The notes under the pieces are model-generated. The model was not told the DNA's origin. It did no database searches and worked only from the letters and a program-made list of their open reading frames with translations. Positions 19,102-30,381 of a stretch of DNA of 64,000 bases are shown here, in pieces; the first letter of the stretch is position 1; each line of letters starts with the position of its first letter. The position numbers and the translations under genes were made by a program. The DNA is from Cyanobacteria bacterium K_Offshore_surface_m2_239. GTDB lineage: Bacteria; Cyanobacteriota; Cyanobacteriia; PCC-6307; Cyanobiaceae. The stretch is taken from NCBI GenBank assembly GCA_016882305.1, contig VGQX01000001.1, forward strand, positions 2,548 through 66,547. The letters are read 5' to 3'.

Positions 19102-20274
19102 GTGTCCCGCCCTTCCCGCCAGTCCCCAGCCCCTGATTGGCAGGCATCGCTCCTGGAGGCCATCCAGCACCGTGACGCTCCCCGCGCCATCCCTCTGGCG
19201 CATCGGTGTGTGCATCGCCGAGGGATGGCAGCCCTGCAAACCGTGCTGGACCGCGCCGATGCGGCCGCCGGGACAGAGGGTGAGGCCCGCGCCTGGCTCC
19301 TTCCGCTGATCAAGCAAGCCGAAACGGGCTCCCCACCCGCTTCCGCCCCCGACCCACGCCCCCCGGAACAACCCGCGCAACCGGTCGTGGCGTCCGCTTC
19401 CCTTCTCCAACCTTCAGCCCCGAAGCCGGAGGCCCCAACAGCGAAGGCGGAGGCACCAGCCCCGAAAGGGGAGGATCCAGCCCTGAAGGCGGAGGCCCCG
19501 ACAGCGATCAAGCAGGAAGGCCTCCCTGATGGTGGGGAGTCCACCACACCTCCCATCCCTGAGTTCCCCCAGGCCTCCTCCTCGCCCCCCCCTCTGGCAC
19601 GCGCGTCCACCTCTGAGGCTCTGGACCAGGCGTTCGCCCCCTTGGAAATCGCCTTCCCTCCCCTGCCGTTGCCCGAGCCTCCGGCGGAACGCGGGTCATC
19701 CCCGGAGGCCGCCTCAGCGTCTCCACCCTTTCGCGTTTCCAGCCCGTTTCAAGCGTTCCAAGGGCAGCCGACGACCGCCGGCCCTGGAGAGGACACCAGC
19801 GAAGACCAGGAACCTTCTGGCATTGAGGAGTCCTCCGCGCGCCTGGCGACCAAGGGCCCGCGCGATCCCCTTGAAGGCCTTCGTGGTGCCTCCGGCTCGC
19901 GCGTCTCCACCGATCGCAAGCCTCCCGTCACGCCCGACCCTCAGAACGCCCCTTCCCAGCGGTTGGACAACGCCGCGCGGCAGGACGTCCCCACTGGCGA
20001 GCCGGCCGCGCCTGTGGTCAGCGCTCCTCCAGCCGCTGGTCTCCCGACGTCCGAGGATCCAGCCCAGCGCCTGGATGCCTTCTCAACTGCGGTCGCCGCA
20101 CCGGTGCCCTCGTTTCATGTGGATGCTTTGGAGGGGTGGGCCTCCGTCGAGAGTCGCCAGCGCCCTGAACCTCAGATCCCGGCGGACGAGGCCGCTCCCG
20201 CAGCGCGGGCCAAATCCTTGCAACGATGGCGCGCCTGGCTTCCCGGCGCCTTTCGATCCCGTTCCCGCCCTTGA
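19102..20274 (+). CDS. hypothetical Pro/Ala/Glu-rich protein
   Basis: 390-aa ORF. Spot check of 20 codons from 19441 shows G/C at the third position in 15, consistent with this frame being coding. Short helical N-terminal region followed by a long low-complexity segment. No recognisable domain. Confidence 0.45.
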   Translation: MSRPSRQSPAPDWQASLLEAIQHRDAPRAIPLAHRCVHRRGMAALQTVLDRADAAAGTEGEARAWLLPLIKQAETGSPPASAPDPRPPEQPAQPVVASASLLQPSAPKPEAPTAKAEAPAPKGEDPALKAEAPTAIKQEGLPDGGESTTPPIPEFPQASSSPPPLARASTSEALDQAFAPLEIAFPPLPLPEPPAERGSSPEAASASPPFRVSSPFQAFQGQPTTAGPGEDTSEDQEPSGIEESSARLATKGPRDPLEGLRGASGSRVSTDRKPPVTPDPQNAPSQRLDNAARQDVPTGEPAAPVVSAPPAAGLPTSEDPAQRLDAFSTAVAAPVPSFHVDALEGWASVESRQRPEPQIPADEAAPAARAKSLQRWRAWLPGAFRSRSRP

Positions 20275-20280
20275 TTCGCC

Positions 20281-20997
20281 ATGGCGCTACCCGATTGGTC
20301 CGCTCTGAAAGGGGGTCTGAGTGTTTCCGTTCAGGCGCCGGAGGGCTCTCCCCTGCGTCAGCCCTTGGCCATCGCCGCCATGGCGGAGGCCTGCCTGGCC
20401 AATGGGGCGGCGGGCGTGCGACTGGAGAGCCCGGAACACATCGCTGCGGTGCGGCGGCGCTGTCCACAGGCCTTGATCGTGGGCTTGTGGAAACGCTCCT
20501 GGCCCGATTGCTCCGTTTACATCACGCCACGCTGGCAGGAGATCACCGCCGTCTGGGGGGCTGGCGCGGATGTGGTGGCTCTCGACGCCACCGATCGTCC
20601 CCGCCCCGAGGGGCAATGCCTGGACGAGCTGGTGCGTCGAGCCCGGGAGGAGCTGGGTGTTCCCCTGATGGCGGACGTGGATGGGTTGGCCGCGGGCCAG
20701 CGGGCCGCTGATCTGGGATGTGCCTGGGTGGGCACGACCCTGTTCGGCTACACCGAAGCCACGCGCGAGCGGACACCCCCCAGCCTCGAGCTGGTGCGCC
20801 TCCTCCGGGAAGCCCTCCCATCCTCCGTCCCCGTGGTCTGTGAAGGCGGGATCGCCTCTCCGGAACAGGCCATGGAGGCCCTGCGTCACGGGGCGGACCT
20901 GGTTGTTGTCGGAACGGCCATCACCGGCGTGGATGCGCAAGTAGAGAGATATGTCAAAACCTTGCGGGAGGATCGCAAATCTTTCTGTAAGCTGTGA
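20281..20997 (+). CDS. nanE: N-acetylmannosamine-6-phosphate 2-epimerase family protein
   Basis: 238 aa, collinear with NanE: SVQAPEGSPL, IVGLWKR, ALDATDRPRP, VGTTLFGYT, VVCEGGIASPEQA. Confidence 0.75.
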   Translation: MALPDWSALKGGLSVSVQAPEGSPLRQPLAIAAMAEACLANGAAGVRLESPEHIAAVRRRCPQALIVGLWKRSWPDCSVYITPRWQEITAVWGAGADVVALDATDRPRPEGQCLDELVRRAREELGVPLMADVDGLAAGQRAADLGCAWVGTTLFGYTEATRERTPPSLELVRLLREALPSSVPVVCEGGIASPEQAMEALRHGADLVVVGTAITGVDAQVERYVKTLREDRKSFCKL

Positions 20998-21056
20998 CAC
21001 ATGGGTCCCGTTCAGGCGCACCATGGAAGGTGTGATCTTGGAGGACGAACGGAGCC

Positions 21057-21290
21057 ATGCGCTTGTCACGTCTTTTCCGTTGCGGGGGCCCTGGCCAAGT
21101 CCTTGGAACCGGCCAGGGGGCTCTGTTGGGGGTGACCCTTCTGGCCGCAGCCGCTCTTCCCCTCAGTCCTGGCCATCTGGCTCAGCTGGAAGCGCTGAAT
21201 CGGGAACTGGGCAAATTGTGTGGCGGCAACCCGCCTCGGCAGGCTCTCAACGTCTGTCGACTTCACGCCAAGTTGGTGGGAGCCCTTTGA
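21057..21290 (+). CDS. hypothetical small secreted protein
   Basis: 77-aa ORF with a plausible signal peptide and Cys residues in the mature part. No family recognised. Ends 10 nt before the groEL stop. Confidence 0.3.
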   Translation: MRLSRLFRCGGPGQVLGTGQGALLGVTLLAAAALPLSPGHLAQLEALNRELGKLCGGNPPRQALNVCRLHAKLVGAL

Positions 21291-21299
21291 GGCCTCGCC

Positions 21300-23036
<1,737 letters not shown>

Positions 23037-23114
23037 TCAACCGAACGCCGTGGCGGGACTCGGATTCGGCCCCTGGTCGGTAGGGTCAGGACTTTGGTGC
23101 CCGGGTGCGAAGCC

Positions 23115-23396
23115 ATGGAGGAACTCCTCCAAAACACGTTGGAGGGTGCCGCGGACCGTGCCCTTTCTCCCCCCGGCGGCGCCGACGGGATGGTCTTCCT
23201 CCTGATCGCTTCCCTGGGATTGGTGATGGCCCTGGTCTATGTGCCGATTCGCCTTTTTCTCACGATCACCGCCCGCAGCCGCCGCCTGCGGCTGCTGCAA
23301 CAGATCCGCCGTCTGCGGGAAAGCCTCGGGAAACCCCTCAACCCTCCCCCAACGCCTGAGGCCGCGGAGGAGTCCGCCGGGCAACCTTCCCCCTGA
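23115..23396 (+). CDS. hypothetical single-pass membrane protein
   Basis: 93 aa from the internal ATG of ORF 22005..23396. One TM helix ([24 protein letters not shown]) and a basic/Pro-rich tail. Divergent from groEL. Confidence 0.4.
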   Translation: MEELLQNTLEGAADRALSPPGGADGMVFLLIASLGLVMALVYVPIRLFLTITARSRRLRLLQQIRRLRESLGKPLNPPPTPEAAEESAGQPSP

Positions 23397-23403
23397 GGCG
23401 GGG

Positions 23404-24183
23404 TCAACGCATCACCAGTCCGCCATCCACCTGGAGCACCTGGCCGGTGATGTAGGCCGCCGCAGGGTCGGCGGCCAGAAACCGCACCAGCCCGGCCACC
23501 TCTTGGGCTGTTCCCATGCGTCCGAGGGGAATGGCTTTGAGGATCGGCTCAGCATCGAGGCTCGCCGTCATCTCACTCGCGATGAAGCCTGGCGCGACGG
23601 CGTTGACAGTGACGCCGCGGCTGGCGAATTCCGCAGCATTGCTGCGCGTGAGGCCGATCAGTCCCGCCTTGGCGGCGCTGTAGTTGGCCTGGCCTGGATT
23701 GCCCATCAGGGCCACCACGGAGGTGATGTTGATGATGCGTCCGCCACGGGCTTTCAGCATCAGCTTGCTCACTGCGCGGGTGGTGAGGAAGCAACCGCTG
23801 AGATTCAGGTCGAGCACGCTCTGCCAGTCCGCGGTCTTCATGCGCATCAACAAGCCATCACGGGTGATGCCCGCGTTGTTCACCAACACATCAATTCGCC
23901 CGTGCCGGCGCACGATCTCCCGCACCATCTCCTCCACCTCGTCCTCCCGCGCCACATCGGCCCGATGGGCCCAGGCCTGGCCACCCGCCGCCGCGATGGT
24001 CTCCACCACCTCGGCCGCCGCCTCCTCGGACCGGGCGTAGTTGACCACCACCTCCGCGCCGGCGGCGGCCAGCTCCAGGGCGATGGCCCGCCCGATGCCT
24101 CGACTGGCCCCCGTCACCAGGGCCACCCGTCCCTCCAGGGAAGCGGCTGAAAGACCATGGGCCGGCTGGGCGGAGGTCGTCAT
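23404..24183 (-). CDS. fabG: 3-oxoacyl-[acyl-carrier-protein] reductase
   Basis: 259 aa. SDR motifs TGASRGIGRAIA, NNAG, YSAAKAG. Ends with the typical GQVLQVDGGLVM. Confidence 0.93.
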   Translation of the reverse strand: MTTSAQPAHGLSAASLEGRVALVTGASRGIGRAIALELAAAGAEVVVNYARSEEAAAEVVETIAAAGGQAWAHRADVAREDEVEEMVREIVRRHGRIDVLVNNAGITRDGLLMRMKTADWQSVLDLNLSGCFLTTRAVSKLMLKARGGRIINITSVVALMGNPGQANYSAAKAGLIGLTRSNAAEFASRGVTVNAVAPGFIASEMTASLDAEPILKAIPLGRMGTAQEVAGLVRFLAADPAAAYITGQVLQVDGGLVMR

Positions 24184-24232
24184 GGGGAACGGGGGGTCTG
24201 CGGCGGCGATCGTATGCCCGCGTCGCTCGGGA

Positions 24233-25393
24233 TCAACCCGGCATCTGCTCGACGCTGACCACCGCGCTCCCCAGCAGCTCCTGGAACCGTGCGAGTTGCC
24301 GCTTGCTCCCCAGCACCACCATCAGCTGACCGGGAGCGAGCTTGGTTTCTCCTCCGGGGTTGGCCACCAGGGTGGGCGTGCCGCCGTAGCTGCTGCCTCG
24401 GTAGGTGTAGGGGTTGACCACAGCGGGAGCGGGCAGGCGAATGGCCAGCACCAGGGCGCCGGAGCGGCCGCGAAGGTCGAGTTCCGCGAGGGTTCGGCCA
24501 TTGAGCGTTCCCAGCTCGGCGGGATTGTCGCTGAGCTGAAACTCCTCCACCTCACACTCGGATCCCGCCAGAAGGTCCATGAAGTCGACCGCCAGGGGGC
24601 GCGTGGCGGTGGCCGCCATGGTGCGCCCGCCCGCCACATAGGGGCTGACGACCTGATTGGCGCCCGCTTGGCGCAGTTTGCGCTCGGCTTCCTCGCTGTC
24701 GGAGCGGGCGATCAGACGGCACCGGGGGGCGATGGCTCGGGCGCTGAGCACCACATAAACGTTGGCGGCGTCGTTGGGCAGGGCCGCCACCAGGCTGCGG
24801 CAGCGGTGGATTCCCGCCTCAATGAGCGTTTCGTCCAGGGTGGCATCGGCCAAGAGCACGGGGAGGCCCTTGGCTTCCGCCGCGTCGCGTCGCTCCGGAT
24901 CCATCTCCACCACCAGCAAGGGCGTGCCCTCCCGGCTGAGCTGGGCGGCGATTTCCCGGCCGATCCGGCCATACCCGCAGAGAATGACGTGATTGTTCAT
25001 CTGTCGCAGCCAGCGAAGCAAACGGCGCCGGTGGAGCTGTCGAAAGTAGCCCGATTCCGACAAACCCAAGAGATTCTGAATCGTGAGCTGCACCACCACG
25101 AGGCCGCCAACGATCGAGAACACGGTCACCACCCGGCCGGCGGTGCTCAGGGGCTCCACCTCTCCGTAGCCGATGGTGGGAATGGTGATCGCCACCATCC
25201 AGTAGCAATCGCCCCAATCCCAGCCCTCGGTGAGCCGATACCCCAGGGCGCTGGCATTGACCACCGCCGCCAGAGCGGTCAGGGGGATCAACCAAGGATG
25301 GCGATTGCGGGATCGCGGCGGTTTGCGGCGCCCCGGGCCGTGGCGAACAGGGGGCCGTTTCCCCCAACTCCTGAACTGATCAGGCCAGGCCAA
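24233..25393 (-). CDS. potassium channel protein with RCK (TrkA-N/TrkA-C) domains
   Basis: Pore helix and selectivity filter TIPTIGYGE. Rossmann [14 protein letters not shown]. TrkA-C-like C-terminus. The TTG start at 25393 (14-nt overlap with the upstream gene) is uncertain. Confidence 0.85.
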   Translation of the reverse strand: MAWPDQFRSWGKRPPVRHGPGRRKPPRSRNRHPWLIPLTALAAVVNASALGYRLTEGWDWGDCYWMVAITIPTIGYGEVEPLSTAGRVVTVFSIVGGLVVVQLTIQNLLGLSESGYFRQLHRRRLLRWLRQMNNHVILCGYGRIGREIAAQLSREGTPLLVVEMDPERRDAAEAKGLPVLLADATLDETLIEAGIHRCRSLVAALPNDAANVYVVLSARAIAPRCRLIARSDSEEAERKLRQAGANQVVSPYVAGGRTMAATATRPLAVDFMDLLAGSECEVEEFQLSDNPAELGTLNGRTLAELDLRGRSGALVLAIRLPAPAVVNPYTYRGSSYGGTPTLVANPGGETKLAPGQLMVVLGSKRQLARFQELLGSAVVSVEQMPG

Positions 25394-26222
25394 GGGCGTT
25401 CAACACCTCCCCGTCGCCAAGGCTGGCCAGCCCGGCGGCGCTGGCCAACCCCCGCACGCCCTCCCGCCGGGGAAGGCTTTCCGCGCCGCGGCCCAGGGCC
25501 ACCAGGGGCACGCCGCAGTAAAGAGCCAGCTCCTCGCTGATCGGGTCGCTGGCCAGCACCACGTCGCTGGAGCCCACCAGGGCGGCCCGCTGGAGCACGC
25601 TCGCAGGCTTGACGGGTGGCAACAGCTGGTGGCGCAGGCCGGGAAGCTTGGCGCGAATGGTCCGCGGCAGCTGGCTCCAACGCTCCTCCGGCCAATCGCC
25701 CGGCACACCCGCCGGCACCAGCAACAACATCGGACCATCGCCCTTCGGAAGCTCCGCCGCGGCGGCCTCCAAGGCCGGCTTGGGCAGGGCCAGCCGGAAC
25801 CGATCGGCCTCCAGGGGCACCCCGATCGGTTCCAGCCAGGCCGCCAGCGCCTGGCTGGGCCAGCCTCCCTCCCTCGGGCTGACCCGCTCCGTGGCAGAAA
25901 ATCCGCTCGCCGCGATCCGCGTGGGGATGTGGCTCATGGAGAGCATCAGATCCACTTGACGGCCGCCCACCAGATTGACGCACACCTGGAAGTCGGGTTC
26001 CCGCACACAACCCAGAAGGTTGGCCCAGTCCGCCAGGCTGGCCTCGCTGAAGGAGAAGGGAATCACCTTCTCCACGGCGGGAAGCAGGGTCCAGATCGGC
26101 GCAGCGGCCGGCGCGCAGGCGACCTGCAGGCTGAAGCCGAGGGTTTCCGCCACCGCGGCCGCCGCGGGCAGGGCCTGCAACTGATGGAGGGCATCCCCGG
26201 GGATCAGGAACAGGGCGCGCAT
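25380..26222 (-). CDS. glycosyltransferase family 9 (heptosyltransferase-like) protein
   Basis: 280 aa from the internal ATG ([20 protein letters not shown]) of ORF 25380..27014. C-terminal GT9-like segment (DWPEERW...[30 protein letters not shown]). Confidence 0.7.
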   Translation of the reverse strand: MRALFLIPGDALHQLQALPAAAAVAETLGFSLQVACAPAAAPIWTLLPAVEKVIPFSFSEASLADWANLLGCVREPDFQVCVNLVGGRQVDLMLSMSHIPTRIAASGFSATERVSPREGGWPSQALAAWLEPIGVPLEADRFRLALPKPALEAAAAELPKGDGPMLLLVPAGVPGDWPEERWSQLPRTIRAKLPGLRHQLLPPVKPASVLQRAALVGSSDVVLASDPISEELALYCGVPLVALGRGAESLPRREGVRGLASAAGLASLGDGEVLNALGLA

Positions 26223-26294
26223 CGGCGGGAACCGGACGGGAAGCCTGATTGTATGGAGCAGGTCTCGAACCGTCCGTCGCCAAGGAGCCGCTGC

Positions 26295-27011
26295 ATGCAT
26301 TTGCTGATCGCCGCCGCTGGCAGCGGCCGCCGCATGGGCGCGCCGATCAACAAGCTGTTGTTGCCCGTGGCCGGCCGGCCCGTGTTGGCCTGGACGCTGG
26401 AGGCCGCTCTCGCCTGCTCGGCGATCCATTGGATCGGCGTGATGGGCCAGCCCGAGGACGAACCCGCCATCCAGGCGCTCCTCAGGGCGGCGGCGCCGGA
26501 AGGGGCGCTCCACTGGATTGTCGGCGGCGCGACGCGCCAGGAGTCGGTTTGCCGCGGCCTGGCGGCCCTTCCCCCGGAGGCCGAGGCCGTGCTGATTCAC
26601 GACGGCGCGCGCTGCCTGGCGACCCCGCAGCTGTTCAGCCGCTGTGCCGTGGCCCTGGAGGAGGCCCTGAAGACGGGGGCGGGCCTGATCGCCGCCACCC
26701 CGGTGACCGACACCATCAAGCGGGTTGACGCGCGGGGCCGCATCACCGGCACGCCGGACCGCCAGCATCTCTGGGCCGCCCAAACCCCCCAGGGGTTTGC
26801 CGTGCGGCAGCTGCGGGGTGCCCATCATCAGGCCCTGGACAAGGGATGGACCGTCACGGATGACGCCGCGCTCTACGAGCGCCTGGAGCTGCCTGTTCAG
26901 GTGCTCGAGGCGCCGGCCTCCAACATCAAACTCACCACGCCCTTTGATCTCGTGTTGGCGGAAGCGGTGCTGAACACCCGCGCCGCTGTCTCCCCCGCCA
27001 ACCCTGGCTAG
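26295..27011 (+). CDS. ispD: 2-C-methyl-D-erythritol 4-phosphate cytidylyltransferase
   Basis: 238 aa from the internal ATG of ORF 25629..27011. [40 protein letters not shown]. Confidence 0.93.
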   Translation: MHLLIAAAGSGRRMGAPINKLLLPVAGRPVLAWTLEAALACSAIHWIGVMGQPEDEPAIQALLRAAAPEGALHWIVGGATRQESVCRGLAALPPEAEAVLIHDGARCLATPQLFSRCAVALEEALKTGAGLIAATPVTDTIKRVDARGRITGTPDRQHLWAAQTPQGFAVRQLRGAHHQALDKGWTVTDDAALYERLELPVQVLEAPASNIKLTTPFDLVLAEAVLNTRAAVSPANPG

Positions 27012-27035
27012 CAAGGGAACGACCGCCTGTTTCCC

Positions 27036-28226
27036 ATGTCCCTTCCCGCCTCGGAGACGGCCCCTCCCTCCCCCCCTGCGGGTCGGGAGGCGGTGGAGGC
27101 CATCGCCCGTCTCTGGGTGGGGCGCTTTGCCAATCGCCGCCAGGTGGAGGCCTCATTCGCCCGCGGGGGACCGGCGGCGCCGGAACTCACCCGCGAGCAT
27201 CGTTCCCAGGAGGTGGTGCGCCTGGAGGCGCCCCAGCTGGGGGAGGTGGTGCTCTTCCTGCAGGAGTGCCGGGCCGCAGTGCCGGGGCTGGCCCATCGGC
27301 AGCGGGTGATTCGCCTGGTGGCGTCTTCGGAAGACGGCGAGGTGACAGCGGAGCAGCTCTTCTTTCGGGAGGGGCCGACCTATGACCGCCCCCTGGCCGC
27401 CCCGGAGGTCGTCGCCGCCCTGGGGGAGGACGCCTTCACCCGCTGGCCGGGCTGCGATCTGGTGTTTCACTTCGAGCCCGCCTGGCGGCGCTGGCGGGGG
27501 GCGATGCGTCCCGGCGGCTGCCGCTATCCGCACCCGGTGGATGGGGAGGTCTGCGCGGAATTCGCCATGCTGTTGTCCCCGGATCAGCTCTGGTATCGCG
27601 ATCGCAGCCTGCGGTTGCGCGATGGCGGCATTCGCGGCGAGGTGGATGGGTTCAGCTGGCTGCTCTTCGACCGGTTGCCCGCCACGGAGGGGCTGGAGAG
27701 CGGTGCGCGTCCGCTGCAGGCCGAGGCGCTGGTGGCCCTGGGCCTGCCGACCTTGGCCGCGCAGATGGGCGTCTGGGAGGGCACCTTCCGTCGCTATGAC
27801 GCGGACGGTGGGCTGCGGGAGGCGTTCGCCAGCACCGTGGTGCAACGGCTGGAGGCCCGGGAGGGCCGCTGGCACTACAGCCAAACCTCCCTCTTCCCGG
27901 AGGCGGCCGACGGCCCGAAGCGGATCGAGGCCAGCGGCTGGATCGAAGGGGGGCGGTTGCGCTTTGAATCCGACCGGCTCAGCGGCTGGGCCATGGACAT
28001 CCCGGACGCCCCGGGCACCACGGTGCTGCTGCTGGAGAGCAGGGATGGCTCGAACCTGCGGATGCAGGAGATCAGTCAGCTGGTGGAGGAAGGGCGGCGA
28101 CGCTTCCGCACCACCCAGACGCTGCGGGAGGGTCAGCTCCTCAGCCGCACCCACATGGAGGAGCGCCGAACCAGCGACGACTGGCGCGTCTGGTGTCCAC
28201 CGGAAATCAGCGTCGCCGATGGCTGA
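27036..28226 (+). CDS. CpcT/CpeT-family phycobilin lyase domain protein with extra C-terminal domain
   Basis: 396 aa. Residues ~20-215 follow the T-type lyase pattern (LWVGRFANRRQ, HRQRVIRL, WPGCDLVFHF, GGCRYPHP, YRDRSLRLRDGG). Residues ~230-390 form a second domain (GVWEGTFRRYDADGGL...RWHYSQTSLF...) of beta-barrel-like character. Confidence 0.7.
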   Translation: MSLPASETAPPSPPAGREAVEAIARLWVGRFANRRQVEASFARGGPAAPELTREHRSQEVVRLEAPQLGEVVLFLQECRAAVPGLAHRQRVIRLVASSEDGEVTAEQLFFREGPTYDRPLAAPEVVAALGEDAFTRWPGCDLVFHFEPAWRRWRGAMRPGGCRYPHPVDGEVCAEFAMLLSPDQLWYRDRSLRLRDGGIRGEVDGFSWLLFDRLPATEGLESGARPLQAEALVALGLPTLAAQMGVWEGTFRRYDADGGLREAFASTVVQRLEAREGRWHYSQTSLFPEAADGPKRIEASGWIEGGRLRFESDRLSGWAMDIPDAPGTTVLLLESRDGSNLRMQEISQLVEEGRRRFRTTQTLREGQLLSRTHMEERRTSDDWRVWCPPEISVADG

Positions 28227-28653
28227 CCTCGCGCAACAGTGGTCGCTCTGGGCGGTGGCCGCGGCGGTGCTGGCGGCGCTGACCTCCCTTCTGGCCAAGG
28301 TGGGCCTGGAGGGCCTGCCCAGCACCCTCGCCACTCTCCTGCGCACGCTGGTGGTGGGGGTGGCGCTGGCCGTGTTGGTGCTCGCTCGCGGCGAGCTGCC
28401 GCCCTTGTCCGACCTGCCGCGTCGCAGCCTGCTGTTCCTCCTTCTGTCCGGTTTGGCCACGGCGGGATCCTGGCTCTGTTTTTTCCGTGCCCTGCAGCTC
28501 GGTCCCGTGGCTCGGGTGGCGCCGATCGACAAGCTCAGCGTGGTGCTCGTCGCCGTGGGGGGCGCGACGCTGCTCGGGGAGACCCTGAGCGCCGCCCAAT
28601 GGCTGGGCGTCGCTTTGATCGCGGTGGGGGCGGTGTTGGTGGCCTGGACCTGA
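28219..28653 (+). CDS. EamA-like small transporter (single EamA domain)
   Basis: 144 aa from the internal ATG of ORF 27382..28653. Four to five TM helices. ATGGCTGA overlap with the upstream gene. Confidence 0.7.
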   Translation: MADLAQQWSLWAVAAAVLAALTSLLAKVGLEGLPSTLATLLRTLVVGVALAVLVLARGELPPLSDLPRRSLLFLLLSGLATAGSWLCFFRALQLGPVARVAPIDKLSVVLVAVGGATLLGETLSAAQWLGVALIAVGAVLVAWT

Positions 28654-28718
28654 GGCGGTTGAACCCTGGCGGGGTGTGCCACAGGTCAAGCTGACCTGAG
28701 ATGTGCATCCCGTGACGC

Positions 28719-30377
28719 ATGGTCCTGGCCCTCTCGCGACCCCGCGGCCTGAGGCTTGCCGCGCTTCTGGCACTCCTCCTGACGGCCTTCCTGACAGCCC
28801 TTCCGGCCATGGGGGCCGGCACCGCCACCCCGGCCGCTCCTGAAGCGTCGAGCCGACCGCGGGACCAGGCCTGGATCACCCTCGATGGCCAACGCGTGCT
28901 GGAGGTGCGGGTGGCCGCTGGTGCCCAGACTCCCGAGATGGTGGCCGCGCGGGGGTCGCGCACCCTGGCCGAGCTGGCTCGCGACGAGAGCGTGGATCCG
29001 GATCAGCTGGTGGTTCGTGACGATCCCCCCTACGCCATGGTGGGACTCCTGGACCCGGATGGTCGCTTTCGCCCGTTGCTGGCCGTGGATGATCGAGCCG
29101 CCAAGGCCTTTGATCTGAGCCGGGATCAACTGGCGACCCAGTACCGCGATCAACTGCGCGGGGCCATCAAACAATTTCGGGCCACCCACAGCCTCGACGC
29201 CTGGTTGCGGGGTCTCGGTCTGGCCCTGGCGGTGCTGATCCTCTACCTCGTGTGGTGGAAGGCGCAGAGCACGCTCAATCACCGTCTGGAGCGCTGGCTG
29301 ACGTGTCGCTTCGGTCAGAGGGGCCTGCGGGTCGGAGGCAATCAGGTGCTCGACGCCGAGCAGTTGCGCGACGGGTTGCAGGTGGTGCGCCGTCTGGCCC
29401 ACGGCACGCTGCTCCTCCTGGCCAGTTGGCTGCTGATCCCCTTGCTGCTGAGCTTTTTCCCACCGACCAAAGCCGTGGCGGAGGGCTTGCGGGGCCACAT
29501 CCTCAGGGCTCTGGGCCAGGTGCTCGATCAGGCCACCAACTCCGTCCCCAATGTCCTGGCGGTGGTCTTCATTCTTTTTCTCACCCGCCTGGCCATGCAG
29601 GGGTGCGGCGCCTGGTTCGCCGCCATCGAACGGGGCCGGCTGACCTTTCCGGGCTTCTACCGGGAATGGGCACGGCCCACCGGGCGTCTGGTCTCCGGGG
29701 CCATCCTGCTGGCGGGACTGGTGACGGCTTATCCCTACATTCCCGGCTCCGGCAGTCGGGCCTTCCAGGGGGCTGGCCTTTTTGTGGGTCTGCTGGCGGC
29801 CCTGGGATCCAGCGCTGTCGCCGCCAACGTGATCAGCGGCTTGATGCTCATCTACACGCGGGCCTTTCGCGAGGGGGATCGGGTGGAAATCAACGGCGTG
29901 CAGGGTGTGGTGCAGGGACGGGATCTGCTGGTGACGCGCATCGTCACCCCCCGGCACGAGGTGGTGAGCCTGCCCAACGCCTCTGTGATCGCCTCGCCGA
30001 TCATCAACTACAGCTTCAGCCGCCGCGAGGGAGCCCTGCCCGTGGCGCTGGCCACGACGGTCACCATCGGGTACGACGTGCCCTGGCGCCAGGTCCATGG
30101 CCTGCTGCTGGCGGCGGCTCGCTCTGTGGCCGGCATCGCTGCGGATCCAGCCCCCTATGTTTTGCAGACCTCCCTGAATGATTTCCACATCAGCTACGAG
30201 CTGAATGTCTGCGTGCCAAAAGAATTAACGTATCGCGAGATCCGCACCGAGCTGCTGGGAGCGATTCAGGATCAATTCGCGGCGGCGGATGTGGAAATTC
30301 TCTCCCCCGCTTATCACGCCATGCGCAATGGCAACCCCAGCACCGTGCCCGCCTGGCCCCCTCGCCAGGGGCTTTGA
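28719..30377 (+). CDS. mechanosensitive ion channel family protein (MscS-like)
   Basis: 552 aa. Signal peptide, periplasmic N-domain, TM helices, and the MscS beta-domain motif FREGDRVEINGVQGVVQGRDLLVTRIVTPRHEVVSLPNASV. Confidence 0.88.
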   Translation: MVLALSRPRGLRLAALLALLLTAFLTALPAMGAGTATPAAPEASSRPRDQAWITLDGQRVLEVRVAAGAQTPEMVAARGSRTLAELARDESVDPDQLVVRDDPPYAMVGLLDPDGRFRPLLAVDDRAAKAFDLSRDQLATQYRDQLRGAIKQFRATHSLDAWLRGLGLALAVLILYLVWWKAQSTLNHRLERWLTCRFGQRGLRVGGNQVLDAEQLRDGLQVVRRLAHGTLLLLASWLLIPLLLSFFPPTKAVAEGLRGHILRALGQVLDQATNSVPNVLAVVFILFLTRLAMQGCGAWFAAIERGRLTFPGFYREWARPTGRLVSGAILLAGLVTAYPYIPGSGSRAFQGAGLFVGLLAALGSSAVAANVISGLMLIYTRAFREGDRVEINGVQGVVQGRDLLVTRIVTPRHEVVSLPNASVIASPIINYSFSRREGALPVALATTVTIGYDVPWRQVHGLLLAAARSVAGIAADPAPYVLQTSLNDFHISYELNVCVPKELTYREIRTELLGAIQDQFAAADVEILSPAYHAMRNGNPSTVPAWPPRQGL

Positions 30378-30381
30378 GGGG

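Noticed and set aside
25380-27014. Two mutually antisense long ORFs (25380..27014 minus and 25629..27011 plus) covering the same DNA.
   Set aside because: Each has recognisable content only in one half. The minus-strand GT9-like protein ends its real part at ATG 26222. The plus-strand IspD begins at ATG 26295. The remainders are artefactual extensions.
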